The translations under genes were made by a program, and so were the position numbers. Below the pieces are notes generated by a model. The model was given only the letters and a program-made list of their open reading frames with translations. It was not told where the DNA came from and did no database searches. A DNA stretch of 64,000 bases. It comes from Neoconidiobolus thromboides FSU 785. Its lineage: Eukaryota > Fungi > Entomophthoromycota. Shown here piece after piece: positions 38,618-50,067 of the stretch (within the stretch, counting starts at the first letter, position 1; every line of letters begins with the position of its first letter). The stretch is from positions 1 through 64,000 of the forward strand of contig MU626290.1 in the NCBI GenBank assembly GCA_025603075.1, given 5' to 3'.

Positions 38618-38714
38618 GGGGATGTTTTTTGGCTTTATTATCTTTTCCATCTTTTAAGTACTATTTGAGTGGAAAAATTGTTAGTAAAATTATTAAGCAG
38701 AAAAATATATCCCC
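38618..38714 (+). mobile_element. MITE copy i (orientation A)
   Basis: ggggatgttttttggc...aatatatcccc. Flanks ATAT/ATAT. Confidence 0.88.
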
Positions 38715-39489
38715 ATATAATAAAAATATTTTAATTGTTTTTTAAGATAATAAAAGTATAATTTTATAATTTTTTTTAGAATAAAAATTAATATAGTTAA
38801 ATACTATAGCTAACAATATTAATTTCAGATTTTAAAGTTTAATTATAAGTATTTAATTTAAATATATACATTTAGTTTATTTAGTATATCATTAAATTTA
38901 ATTTTAAAATCATAACATTTAAATAACTATTTAATATAATTATGAAACATCCCAATCAGTTGTTACTTTAATCCAGTAATTAACACTGTATTATATAGAA
39001 TAAAAAATAAAAGTAAGAATATAATTGTGAGAAAACTAGCTTCAACAAAAGAGCAAAAATAATAACTTTAGCTACTAGAAGAAACCCTGAGTTCCATATA
39101 ATTAAATTTATTTTAGTAGAATTAATTATGATTGCAAAAATTTAATTTAAAAAAAACTGAAATTAAATATTAAATACTTATAAAAATATAAACAAAGATG
39201 ACAAAAGCAGAAAAGTAGATATACGATCAAACTAACTTATCATAAATTAAAATGGACTACTCCAACTAGTATTCTATAAATTGAAAATGGTTTTGTTTTT
39301 TATCAAAAGTAAATCAATTAATCGGTCGAAAGTTTTTGGAGTTCTAGTGATTAAATCTAACCCATTTTTCATACCTCAGATTGTGATGAAAATGTTTACT
39401 ACAAACAATTTCAACTACAAGAGTGATAAGCTTTTGTGTAGCCGGTTACATTTAGCTCCTTAGAGCAAATTTATCTAAAAGCAGCATAT

Positions 39490-39583
39490 GGGGATGTATT
39501 TTTTTGTATAAGGATTTTACTGACTTTTCGACTCAATTAACATTAGTAGATGGAAAGGGTGATGAAACTAAAATATCTTATCT
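39490..39583 (-). mobile_element. MITE copy j (orientation B, right end eroded)
   Basis: atat|ggggatgtatttttttgtataaggattttact..actcaa..gatggaaagggtgatgaaac. Confidence 0.72.
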
Positions 39584-39791
39584 AGTAATGAGATCCAAAA
39601 AAAATTCGATAATTTTTTTGGACTTTATTGGTTGAATGTTACTTTTAGGTTGAACAGGTATATATTCGTCTTAATCGCTTAACTGGTTAATAAAATTTTA
39701 CAATTTCTCACCATTAATTTGTAACAAAACAAATTAGAACTCAAAAGAAATGTTTTTGTATAAACAGTTTTCGAAATAATTAATAGCGAAA

Positions 39792-42055
39792 ATGGGAAAT
39801 AACAAAAAGTTGGAGGATAATTTAACAAGTATATTGAGTAGTAATATATCAAAAAAAAGGTTCAAGGAGCTCGCAAACAGGGGGAATGAACTTTTACTTA
39901 ATATCATGGAAGAATTAAAGTGTCCAATTTGTTTGGGAGACTTGGTTAAACCAATGATAACTACATGCAGCCATGAATTTTGTAAAGATTGTATAAAAAA
40001 AGTGTTTGAGAAAAGGAGCAAATCAAGTAAACGAAACACTAAGTGTCCATGTCCCATATGTAAAGAGGATATAACTATACGCTCATTATCTTTATCACAT
40101 ACTAAAGCTGAGTTGGTTGACCAGTTTAGTAGATTGAATAATGAATTTCAATATTTTTTAAAAACTCATAGTAATTTGTTCTTTATGATATTATTACCTT
40201 TACTAAGTTTGTTAGGGTATGCATCTTCACTGATAAAAGAAGTCAAATACAATGACTTGAGACAGTCATCTGAAAATAGCCCTGATTTGTTTATTAATGC
40301 TCGAGCTGCCAATCACCGAAATCCAGAATCAAATTTGAATGAAGCTGATGATTTCAATAGTACAAACAAACACAATTCTTTAAGGAGGAATAATAAGGTA
40401 TAGAAGTTTTGGTTAGAAGTTTGTGGTAAACTAATTTTTTATGCTTAGAATGATTTGAAAAATAAATATAGCTTGGATAACAAAAGTAAAGAAGTTTCCA
40501 ATTATACTAAAAATAAAAATGGCGAAAGTAAGCGTTGTTTATTGTTCTAATAAAAATATTAAATATGTATATAGCAGTGGACACTAATGATATTGGTGTT
40601 GATAATAACTCATCAACCGAATGTCTTCCAATCATTAATGAACAGTTGTCATGTAGTAACCATAAAAAAAGTGGCATAAGTAAATCCGCTAATAGAAGCA
40701 AATTCGATTTAATCGATAGTCCAGTTTTAAATATAAAGGATATCAAGTATAGTTTAATATCACAGGACAACTTAGAAAGTCATGATTTATTTAGCAAGAA
40801 TACGACACCTGTTTTAAGTCACCAAAATGAAAAGGTCTCAAGCCCTTTATATGATAGATCTAATTTGATCAAAAACAGAAATTTAAGTGAACAATACTCA
40901 CCAACACAGACGATAGCCGCTTCAGCTGAAATCGATACCCAATATTCATTACATCAATCAAAGGAACATAACCGAAATTACAATACTGAAAGAAACAATT
41001 CTAGTGATTTAAATACTGAAGATTATATTGAGAAATCACCCTCAATTTTGTATAAAAAGTTAAAATCAAACAATGTGAATTATAACAATCATTCTAAAAT
41101 GTCAAAAGGTTCAAATAATACAACTTCACAAGAATTCAAGTATCCTGATTCTGAAGCAATGGTAGCTCAAAAAATATTGAATACAAATAAAAACAAAGTT
41201 AGTCATGAGATAGAGCCTAGTTTTGACCTCCAGCTTAATAATATACCAGAGTTAAGTGATACTTTTGACCCATTTAATAATGGGAATTTAGATTATTGTT
41301 CTCAATTAACATTACCCACTCAAATAAGACCCATTGAGCGACAAGTAGGTTTATATGGCCATTTTGCGAATATGAGAAACATAAAACTTCATACTATGGA
41401 AACTCAGCTGTTTGAAGAAAATGATACCTTTAGAATAGTTGGTGAAAATTCCTATTTAGATACACAAAACTCAGGTGTTAATGTTAATATTAATTCACCT
41501 AGTAAGCAAGACTTAAATAGATGTTCTCAAATAACCTTACCTACTCAAATAAGGCCTATTGAAGAACAAGTAGGCTTATTCGGCCATTTTATTAGTATGA
41601 ATAATAACAAGTTGAATACTATGTATACTCAGTTGTTTGATGATGATGAAAATTTTAGAATAATTGGTGGCAGTTCCGATATAGACGATAGTGGCGCTGA
41701 AAGTAATCAGCTGTCGAACTTTAATAAAGATGCTAAAATAAATGGAAAAGTACCAGCTACAACGTATGATAAAAGTATTATAAATCAATATGTTAGTAAT
41801 TCTCAAGAGCTTAGCGAGTTCTCACCTGATTCATTAACTAAAAAGGGTGAGGTAGGTCAAAAAAAAAAGTATGTAAGTAATTCAATACCAAAGAAAGAAG
41901 ATTCAGTCATCAGTAAAAATTATAGATTTAATGGATCAGATAGTCATTCGGATAATGATAAAACTACTTTTTTAAACTCAAGCCCAGTTTATTCGCTTGA
42001 TAAAATTGATTCCCTTAAATTACAATCCTCCCCAGATTATTCTACTAAAGATTAA
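39792..42055 (+). CDS. C3HC4 RING protein with BRCA1-like N-terminus and a long disordered region
   Basis: LKCPICL..TTCSHEFCKDC..CPICKEDITIRSL with flanking helices. Joined by probable introns to ORF 40535-42055. No BRCT seen. Confidence 0.75.
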
Positions 42056-42072
42056 GAAAAGTTTTGATATAT

Positions 42073-42162
42073 GGGGATGTTTTTTTCACCTTCTTTTCCA
42101 ACTTTCAAGTGTTGTTCGAGTAGAACAATTATTAATAAAATTCTTTAAAAAAATCCATTCTC
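42073..42162 (+). mobile_element. MITE copy k (orientation A), 17 nt after the RING-gene stop
   Basis: ggggatgtttttttcacc...aatccattctc. Flanks ATAT/ATAT. Confidence 0.75.
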
Positions 42163-43143
42163 ATATAAAAAGAATAGAACTATAATTGGAATCAAGTACG
42201 TCTCTACTAATCAAAGTTTTATGTAAGAAGCAAATAAAAAAACGAAATTTAATATGGGTTTAATAAGCAGGTTAAACTCTCAAAGGCTTAATATTGTTCG
42301 GTCTAAACTTTATTTTTGTTTTTTATCGATGTTAAATTTTACGGTAATATTAAGAATAAACACTTTTAGTATATTTAGTTGATTTTTCTAAATATGAATT
42401 GTAAGCATACTACAATACTCTTTACCATATTGACTTATGAAACTATTCAAGTATGTTTCTATACATTAAAATAAGTTACGATTCCAAGTGTATAATGGCA
42501 ATTAATAAATTAAGAATATCTGTAAATTTGATCATAATTAAGCGAAAATATAGCAACCTTTACAGATGTTAGATCTTTATTATAGGCTCTAAATTATAAT
42601 AGTTTAATATATATCTACAACTGGTAGTGTAATGTTTAAACAAGATATAGATAAAATACTATTTACTTCAATTGAAATGCAAAAAAAATTCTTATAAAGA
42701 CTCTAACCTTTTACTAAGTACACTCTATAATACTAAATATGATAATTAAAAAAGCGTAGTAGAAATAATTATTGATGTTACTTTACATCTCTTTTGATTA
42801 TTATTTGAAAATAAGTGAGGTAAATACATCTTTGTTTTAAGTTTAGCCACATTTTTTTAGAATTTAAGCTTAGGAAACGACTAAATAGTTAAAAATTAGT
42901 TGATTTAAGTTTAGCCAGATTTAAAGTCAATTTAAACTAAAAACTATTAATTAAATTTCAACATGATTTTATAAACTTGTCAAATATACGGTCTTATCAT
43001 GTACATAGTCTAGTACTCTATAAAAGCTTACTAGTTAATGAAGATCTAAATAATTCGCTCTATATAGTTATAGTATCAATTATCATCGATAATCCCTAAT
43101 TATTGCCTATTTAAGTAATTGAGAATAGCAAATATTATAAAAT

Positions 43144-43193
43144 CATAAGCCAATAAACATAAGCCAATAATTTGACATTATCACCAATCCAAT
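43144..43193 (+). promoter_or_regulatory. Cluster of four CCAAT boxes upstream of SEC16
   Basis: CATAAGCCAATAA twice (43144-43156, 43158-43170), plus CCAAT at 43184 and 43189. Confidence 0.45.
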
Positions 43194-43328
43194 ATGAACA
43201 CATAAAACAAAAACAAAACTAAATATTTAGTTAAAAAACACTAAAATTTCAACTATTAATTTTTCATTTCAATTATACATAACCATATTTTTAGTCTATT
43301 CTAAATTAGCAGATCAAGAAACATTATA

Positions 43329-46300
43329 ATGGGCAAAAAAAAGAATAGAAATTCGATATCGAATCCAAAAAAAGAGACTACAAATGATGACTTGAAAGAG
43401 ATCTTTGGGGACCTTACTTCTGAATTAGTGGATACAAAACAAGTAAACAAAATGGAACCTTTAGATAACATTAAAGATATTGGCTTTTTTAATGGTAGCG
43501 GAAATGAAGAAGACACAATTTTTTTTGAACAAGCGGTTAATACAGCCTTACCATTTTCACCTGAAGAAAAGGTAAACGAAGAAGTTAAGGATGATAATGT
43601 AGTTGATGGTCAAGTTGATAACTCTGGAAGTGATAAAGTTGATGATAACCAAAAGGAAGCATTAAATTTAGAATTTTCTGAAAAGGAAACTGACTTAGAA
43701 GATATTTTAAAAGTTGATGAAAATTTAGATGCGCTAACCTTAATTCCACAAGAGAAAGCTGAAGTGGCTGAATTGGATAATAGCAAGCCATTAAATATAA
43801 ATGAAAATCAAGATTTAACAGGTATTTTTGATAATTCAAATAAAGCGAATGAAGTTGAGTTAGATTTAGAAGAAAAAATCGATAATCTAAAAGTGATTTT
43901 AGATAATCTTGAAGAAGAGAAAGAGGATGAGGAAGTTCCCTTTTTTGATGAATTTAATGGTTTAAATAATAACTCTGAGGCGATTAAATCCGATTTGAAC
44001 TTAACTGGTGTTAATTCGGATAATATAGGGCTAGCTGAAGAAAGTGAAACTCAAGTCGAAAAAAATTCAGTTATGGAAACTCAATTAAAAAATGAACTTG
44101 AGAAGTTTTTAGGACCTGAAATTATAACGAATGAAACTGAACAAAAGGAAATAGTAACTCAGTTTGATGGAAACGATAAAGTCGATTCAGAATTGGAGAA
44201 GAATATAGAAGAGTTGATTGATAGTGAAAATGATGGTTCTATTGAAGTAAATCTAAAGCAAGATACTACAGCTTTTAAAAACGATGGCTTTGATTTTTTT
44301 AATAATACAACAACTAATGAAGATGATGGGTTTAATTTCTTTAATCAAAATATAACAAATGAATCGGATCCTTCTGCTAATTTTTTTGATACAATAACTC
44401 AACCTTCAGTTCAACCTTTAGTTCAAAATGAATTTAAACCAGCTAATGTATTAGTTACTAATCAAACTAATGATTTTATTCAAGATTCTTCTACTAATTT
44501 CTTACAGGAAACGTTTAACGATGAAACTTCGGATGGAAACTTTTTTAATACAACTCAACCACAAACAATTCAGCAAAACAATTATGATCCAACTAACGTT
44601 AATTCAAATGATAATTACTATGATTATAATCAAGTGAATCAAGCAGGTATAAATAATAATTTGGAACAATATAATGAAGGAAGCTATCAATATAATAATG
44701 AGAATACAAATGAATATCATAATTATTATGATCAAACTAATCAAGCAAAATATCAGAATCAAGGGGGTTCTAATCAATATGATTATAGTTCTTATGATCA
44801 AGCGTATTACAATTCATCGTATCCACCTCAAGGAGAACAACAAGTCGACCCCAATTTAGATCAACAAGCTTATTACCAGAATACAGAGTATACTAACCAA
44901 GAATACGATCCTAATTATTATGTTAATAATTCTTATCAAACAACTGAAGGCCAAGATAATCCAATGTACTCTAATCAAAATGATCAACAATATTATGGCC
45001 AAGGATATCAATATGATCCAAATACTTATATTAATGAATATGGAAATGAAGGTTATGATCCAAATTATAATTATTATTATGAAAACTATGATCAGGCTAC
45101 TGAAGGTTATAATCAAACTACAGAAGGTTATAATCAGAATGCTGAAGGCTATAATCAATATTACCCAGAATATAGTTTAGGAGAACAGCAAATACCACAA
45201 ACAGAAGAATATAACATGGATTACTCAGGTAATGAAAAGAACTTAACTGATTACAATCAATATCCAAATCCAAATGAAAATGCAAATTCGATTACTGTAG
45301 ATACTTCAACTTATGTAGATACCTCAACTTATGTAGATAATTCAGCTTACAACTATAGTGATACATTGCAACAACCACCAACAAACAAAAATTCTACTAC
45401 ATTTGAATCACAAGCTCTAAACTATAATGAATATCAATATGACCAAACAATCCCAACAGAAACTCAAGATATTGTACCAATTATACCATCAATTAATACA
45501 GAAACTACTCAATTTCAAGCTGAATCTTCACCAACTGTATTTAATGTTAATACTCAAAAATCGCAATCTGAATTTAACTATTATAATCAAGATGTTTATA
45601 TTAATCAAACAGAAACTACTACAATTGAATCAGAAACAGCATTACCAAATTATTATTTAAATAATAAAACAAATGCAATAAACGAAATAGATTTAAATAA
45701 AGATAATCAAAATAAGGCAAATGAATTGAATGAACATAATTACACAAATATACAGCCAAGTATGAGTGAGTTGCAGGCATCCCGTGAGATTACTAATAAT
45801 TATTCATCCGAAAAAGATAACTTTATGTATCAAAATGAAAATAATATTTTATATAGCCAATATAATACACAATCAAATGAAATTGATAATACTCAGAATG
45901 ACCTTGATGATCTTATTTTAGAAAATATTGGAGCCAATAAAAATACAGCATTTACACATCAAAATGCATATGATGAATTTAATATTAATACTAATGAAGT
46001 AGCATTAAATCCAGAAAATATTCCATTACCATCAACGCCACGTGATGAAGATTCTTTATCACCTTCATTATTATTAAATAATCAAGATTTAAATTTGGAA
46101 GAAAATGATAAAAGACATGGGCGTAAAGCGCATGCTTTATTTAGTTTTGGATTTGGGGGTAAAGTTATCAGTATGTTTCCTAAAGTCGTTGAAACATTTA
46201 ATAATAATATAAAAGATAAAATGATTAATTTATATCCTACAAATATAACAATTTCGAAATTAAAAGATATTAGTGGAATACCAACATTAGAAAAGAATGG

Positions 46301-48676
46301 AGATAATTATAAACCTCTGATTGACAATTCAGCAAAAACAGTTAATTGGGAAATAGAAAATGTTAAAAAATTAGTTGATTTAAAAGTTAATCAACTAGAA
46401 TCCGAACTATTACATTTTAATGAAGGAATTGAAAAACAAAATCAATTAGGGATTATTATATTATGGAAATTAATTAATATTTTGTTATCAAATTCAGGTA
46501 AAATTGATGGTATTAATGAACAAGTCAGAGATATGTTATGTTTATACATAACTAAAAAGAATAATAATGATGATGAATTGAATGAAAATGGAACAACAGA
46601 AACCATAAAATATATTACTCCACAAATAAAACAACTTTTATTACAAGGTAAAAGAAAAGAAGCAGCTGAGTTAGCTATGGATCACCGAAATTGGGGACAT
46701 GCTTTGATTATTGCTAGTTGTGCTGGTAAAGATACATGGCAAGAAGTAGTTCAATCTTTTGTAAAAAGTGAAATTTTAATATCCAACTCCAATGAAAATG
46801 ATTCAATGGCTATGTTATATAGTTTATTTTCAGGTTTAGGAAAGAGTGCAGTCAAAGATAACAATCGAATTTTAGAAGATCATCAAGCTAGTCCTTGGAT
46901 TGAAAAACTAGCTATGATCTTTTCTAATCGCACACCAGGTGATGCTATTGCTTTATGTACTTTAGGAGATGAATTGAGACAAAAAGATCTATTAGCTGCT
47001 GCTCATTTTTGTTATTTATTAGCCCCAACAATGGCTGTTCAAGGGGGTTTTGATACTGTAGGTTTAAGAATGATGATGTTAGGTGCTACAGTTCATCCAA
47101 ATCAATTTATGAATACCAATGCCTTTTTATTAACGGAAATTTATGAATTTACTTTAAGACTTAATAGTACTAATACTACTAGACTTGAGTCATTGAATTT
47201 TTTCCAAGCATTTAAACTACATCGAGCAATTACTTTGCTAGATTATGGGGAGACTGAAGCTGCTTTAGAGTAATTTATTTATATCATTATTCTAATTGAA
47301 GTATAAATTAATTGATTTTTTATTAGATATTGTAATTATATTTTAGAATTACCAACACAATCTCAGACCCCAGTACAATATTTACACCCTATCCTTTTAA
47401 CTCAAACAGCTACTATTAAAGATAGAATTCAAAATCACCTAGGACAAAAGTAAATCGTTAATAAATAATGCTAGTTATTTATTTTAATATTTATTTTAGA
47501 AGCTTTGATTCCAAATGGATACCTAAGAAACCCACTTTAAATTCGTTTATGAGTGTAGTAGAAGGTAAAATTAATCAATTAGTTATGGGAGATGAGATGA
47601 CAGAAGAAGATAATCAAGTTAAGAGCAAATTTGAAATCCAAGCAGGACCAACAGTATTTAGAAATGGACCTTTATTTAGTCCTCAAGTAAATCCGTTTTC
47701 AGTGCAACCAAATTTAGTACGACGATCCAATTCTAATGAAGTTTTGCCTGATTTTTATAGAAATCAGTTAATGGATGAAGATTTATCTGGTAGAAGATCA
47801 GCTTCTCCAAATCTAATGAAATCGCCATTTGATTATTCAATGAATAATTCAAGTACATTAAATTCAAATGAAAATACGATCAATAATGATGGTTTGTTTT
47901 CTCCATTTGATAATAAATTGTATAGCCCAGTAACATTAAGTGAAAATACTTATCAACCAACTACGGCATCGCCATTGAAAACTCAAATCAATGAAACTTA
48001 TGACAAAGAAGAGGATGATTTAGGATTAGGAAATTCAAAGATGCCTAAGAAGAGCGGAATGGTTAATAATGATACAAATATGAACGCAAATACAAATACA
48101 ACTTCAAATGTAGATAAAGAAGAAGACAAAAGTAAAGCGAAAACTTCAAGTAAGTTAAATAAATAAGCAATGATTTATTCTTAATCAATAACATCCATTA
48201 GATCATGGTCATTCTAAAAGTTTACTTGGAGGCTTCTTTTCCTTTTTTTCAGGTGGAAATACAACACAATCCAAAGATGGGAAAACAATATATAAAGCCA
48301 AATTAGGTGAAGAAAATAGCTTTTATTATGACGAAGTACAAAAAAGATGGGTCAATAAGGTAATTATCTTTAAATTAATACTTAATACTTAATTAACTTT
48401 ACTTTTTGATAGGCAGCAGGTGATAGTGCCTCAACCTCATCTTTACCACCACCACCACCACCAAAAAATACACCCAAAACACAAAGTGAAAATTCAGGTT
48501 CGTTTAACCCAAGTCCATTTGGATCTGAAGTTAATTCGCAAACCAGTACCCCCTATGCGTCAGGTCCACCTTCGGGTGCTAGTACACCACCCATTGGTAT
48601 GGGTAAGAGTAATCCAAGAAGTAAAAGGAATGTGGGTAAAGGAAAGGGCAGATATGTTGATATTTTCAATCAATAA
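43329..48676 (+). CDS. SEC16: COPII/ER exit site protein Sec16, multi-exon
   Basis: Long acidic and Y/N/Q-rich N-terminus, [35 protein letters not shown] (central conserved domain). C-terminal [22 protein letters not shown], poly-Pro and RYVDIFNQ*. Confidence 0.92.
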
Positions 48677-49378
48677 TAAAAATGAATTTTTAAGTTTCAT
48701 TGAACTTCTGAATAAGGAAGTGTTGCTAAAATGGTTTTGTTTACTATATAATGGAATTAGCCTTAAGTGATATTAGTGAATGTGTTACATTATTTTTTGT
48801 AGTATTTCTTAAAAATTCTTGAAAATATATAGTTAAATGGTTTGTTGAAAATAAGTCTAAATAATATTTGTAGCGAATAATGGAGTTTTAAAATAAGGTA
48901 ATTGGTATAAATTAAAGGATGAAATATTAATCATCATTTGGATATCTTGGAGACTTCGAAAAGCAAAGTTTTTTAAAAGGTTCTTTCAATTGAAGAAAAA
49001 ACTAATTTAAAAGATAAAAGAGGCTCATATTATAACAATGATTTAATATAATTGAAAAATGTATTTTAAAGAAATCTACCAACATAAAAGTGAAAAAATG
49101 ATAAGATTGAAAAGGGAATATCTATTCGTTATCAAAGATCATAAACTCAACTGTAATAATGAACAAGTTATTAGCTTAGAAAAATGCTATTAGAGTTTTT
49201 ATATTTTATATTCACAATAATGGATCAAATAGAAGGTAAAGTCGAAAACAGCAATCAAATTGCCCAAAGCACTAATGAACTATTTTATGGATGTTGTACA
49301 CCTCCTTTAAAACTTTTTTAGCGTTGGTTTTTATAATTAAATTTTTAATATAATTATTTTATAAGGCCAGTTTTATAT

Positions 49379-49477
49379 GGGGATATATTTTTATGTTTAA
49401 GAGTTTTACTAACAAATTTTCCGCTTAAACAGCGTTTAAAAAATGGAAGAAATAATGAAGTCAAAAAAGACATCCCC
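49379..49477 (-). mobile_element. MITE copy l (orientation B)
   Basis: ggggatatatttttatg...aaagacatcccc. Flanks ATAT/ATAT. Confidence 0.88.
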
Positions 49478-50067
49478 ATATTTTGATAATTTTTTGAGTT
49501 AGTTTCTTTTCTCAAATGAGAGGTCAATAATGTTACAAAGGAGCTGGAATGGATTAGATTAATTTCTACTCATATGAAACCTTTATAAGGACTCCGGCAG
49601 TTTTATTGTCTGGTAAGGTATTAGATTCGTTTCATTTAATTTTTAATTATTTATGCAAAGTAAAATTTCCGAAACAAATTTTAGACAAATGCTGGAGTAA
49701 AAAACAACTTTTTATCTGTTTTTACTTTTATTTACATGCTAAAGAATGATTTATGTTTTTTATAAATCATTACCATAATGCAGTGTTAAAGTTATTATTG
49801 AAATTTCAATGAAGTGAAGCCAAATCTGAAATTAAATATTCAACTAGTTTGAAATTTAATCTCAATTAACTAATGTACTAAATATAGAAATTCGGCTTTC
49901 ATTTTTAATAAGCACATTTGATCAACTAAATATTGAAATTAAAATTAACTTTATTAAGTAAAACTAAAACTATAGTGCTTAAAATTTTTCAATTATAAAT
50001 ATCTTAAAGAAATTATTATCACTATTTGTAAATTTTGTTTTTTTAATTATCTTCCTCTATTAACAAT

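Noticed and set aside
13702-45660. Many short antisense or alternate-frame ORFs inside long genes (e.g. 13702-13932, 27447-27836, 32760-33080, 44856-45158)
   Set aside because: They are shadows of real coding sequence with biased codon use and show no independent motifs.
49220-49321. 33-aa ORF MDQIEG..GCCTPPLKLF upstream of the GPCR as a pheromone or ligand
   Set aside because: No signal peptide or CAAX motif, and its length is compatible with chance.
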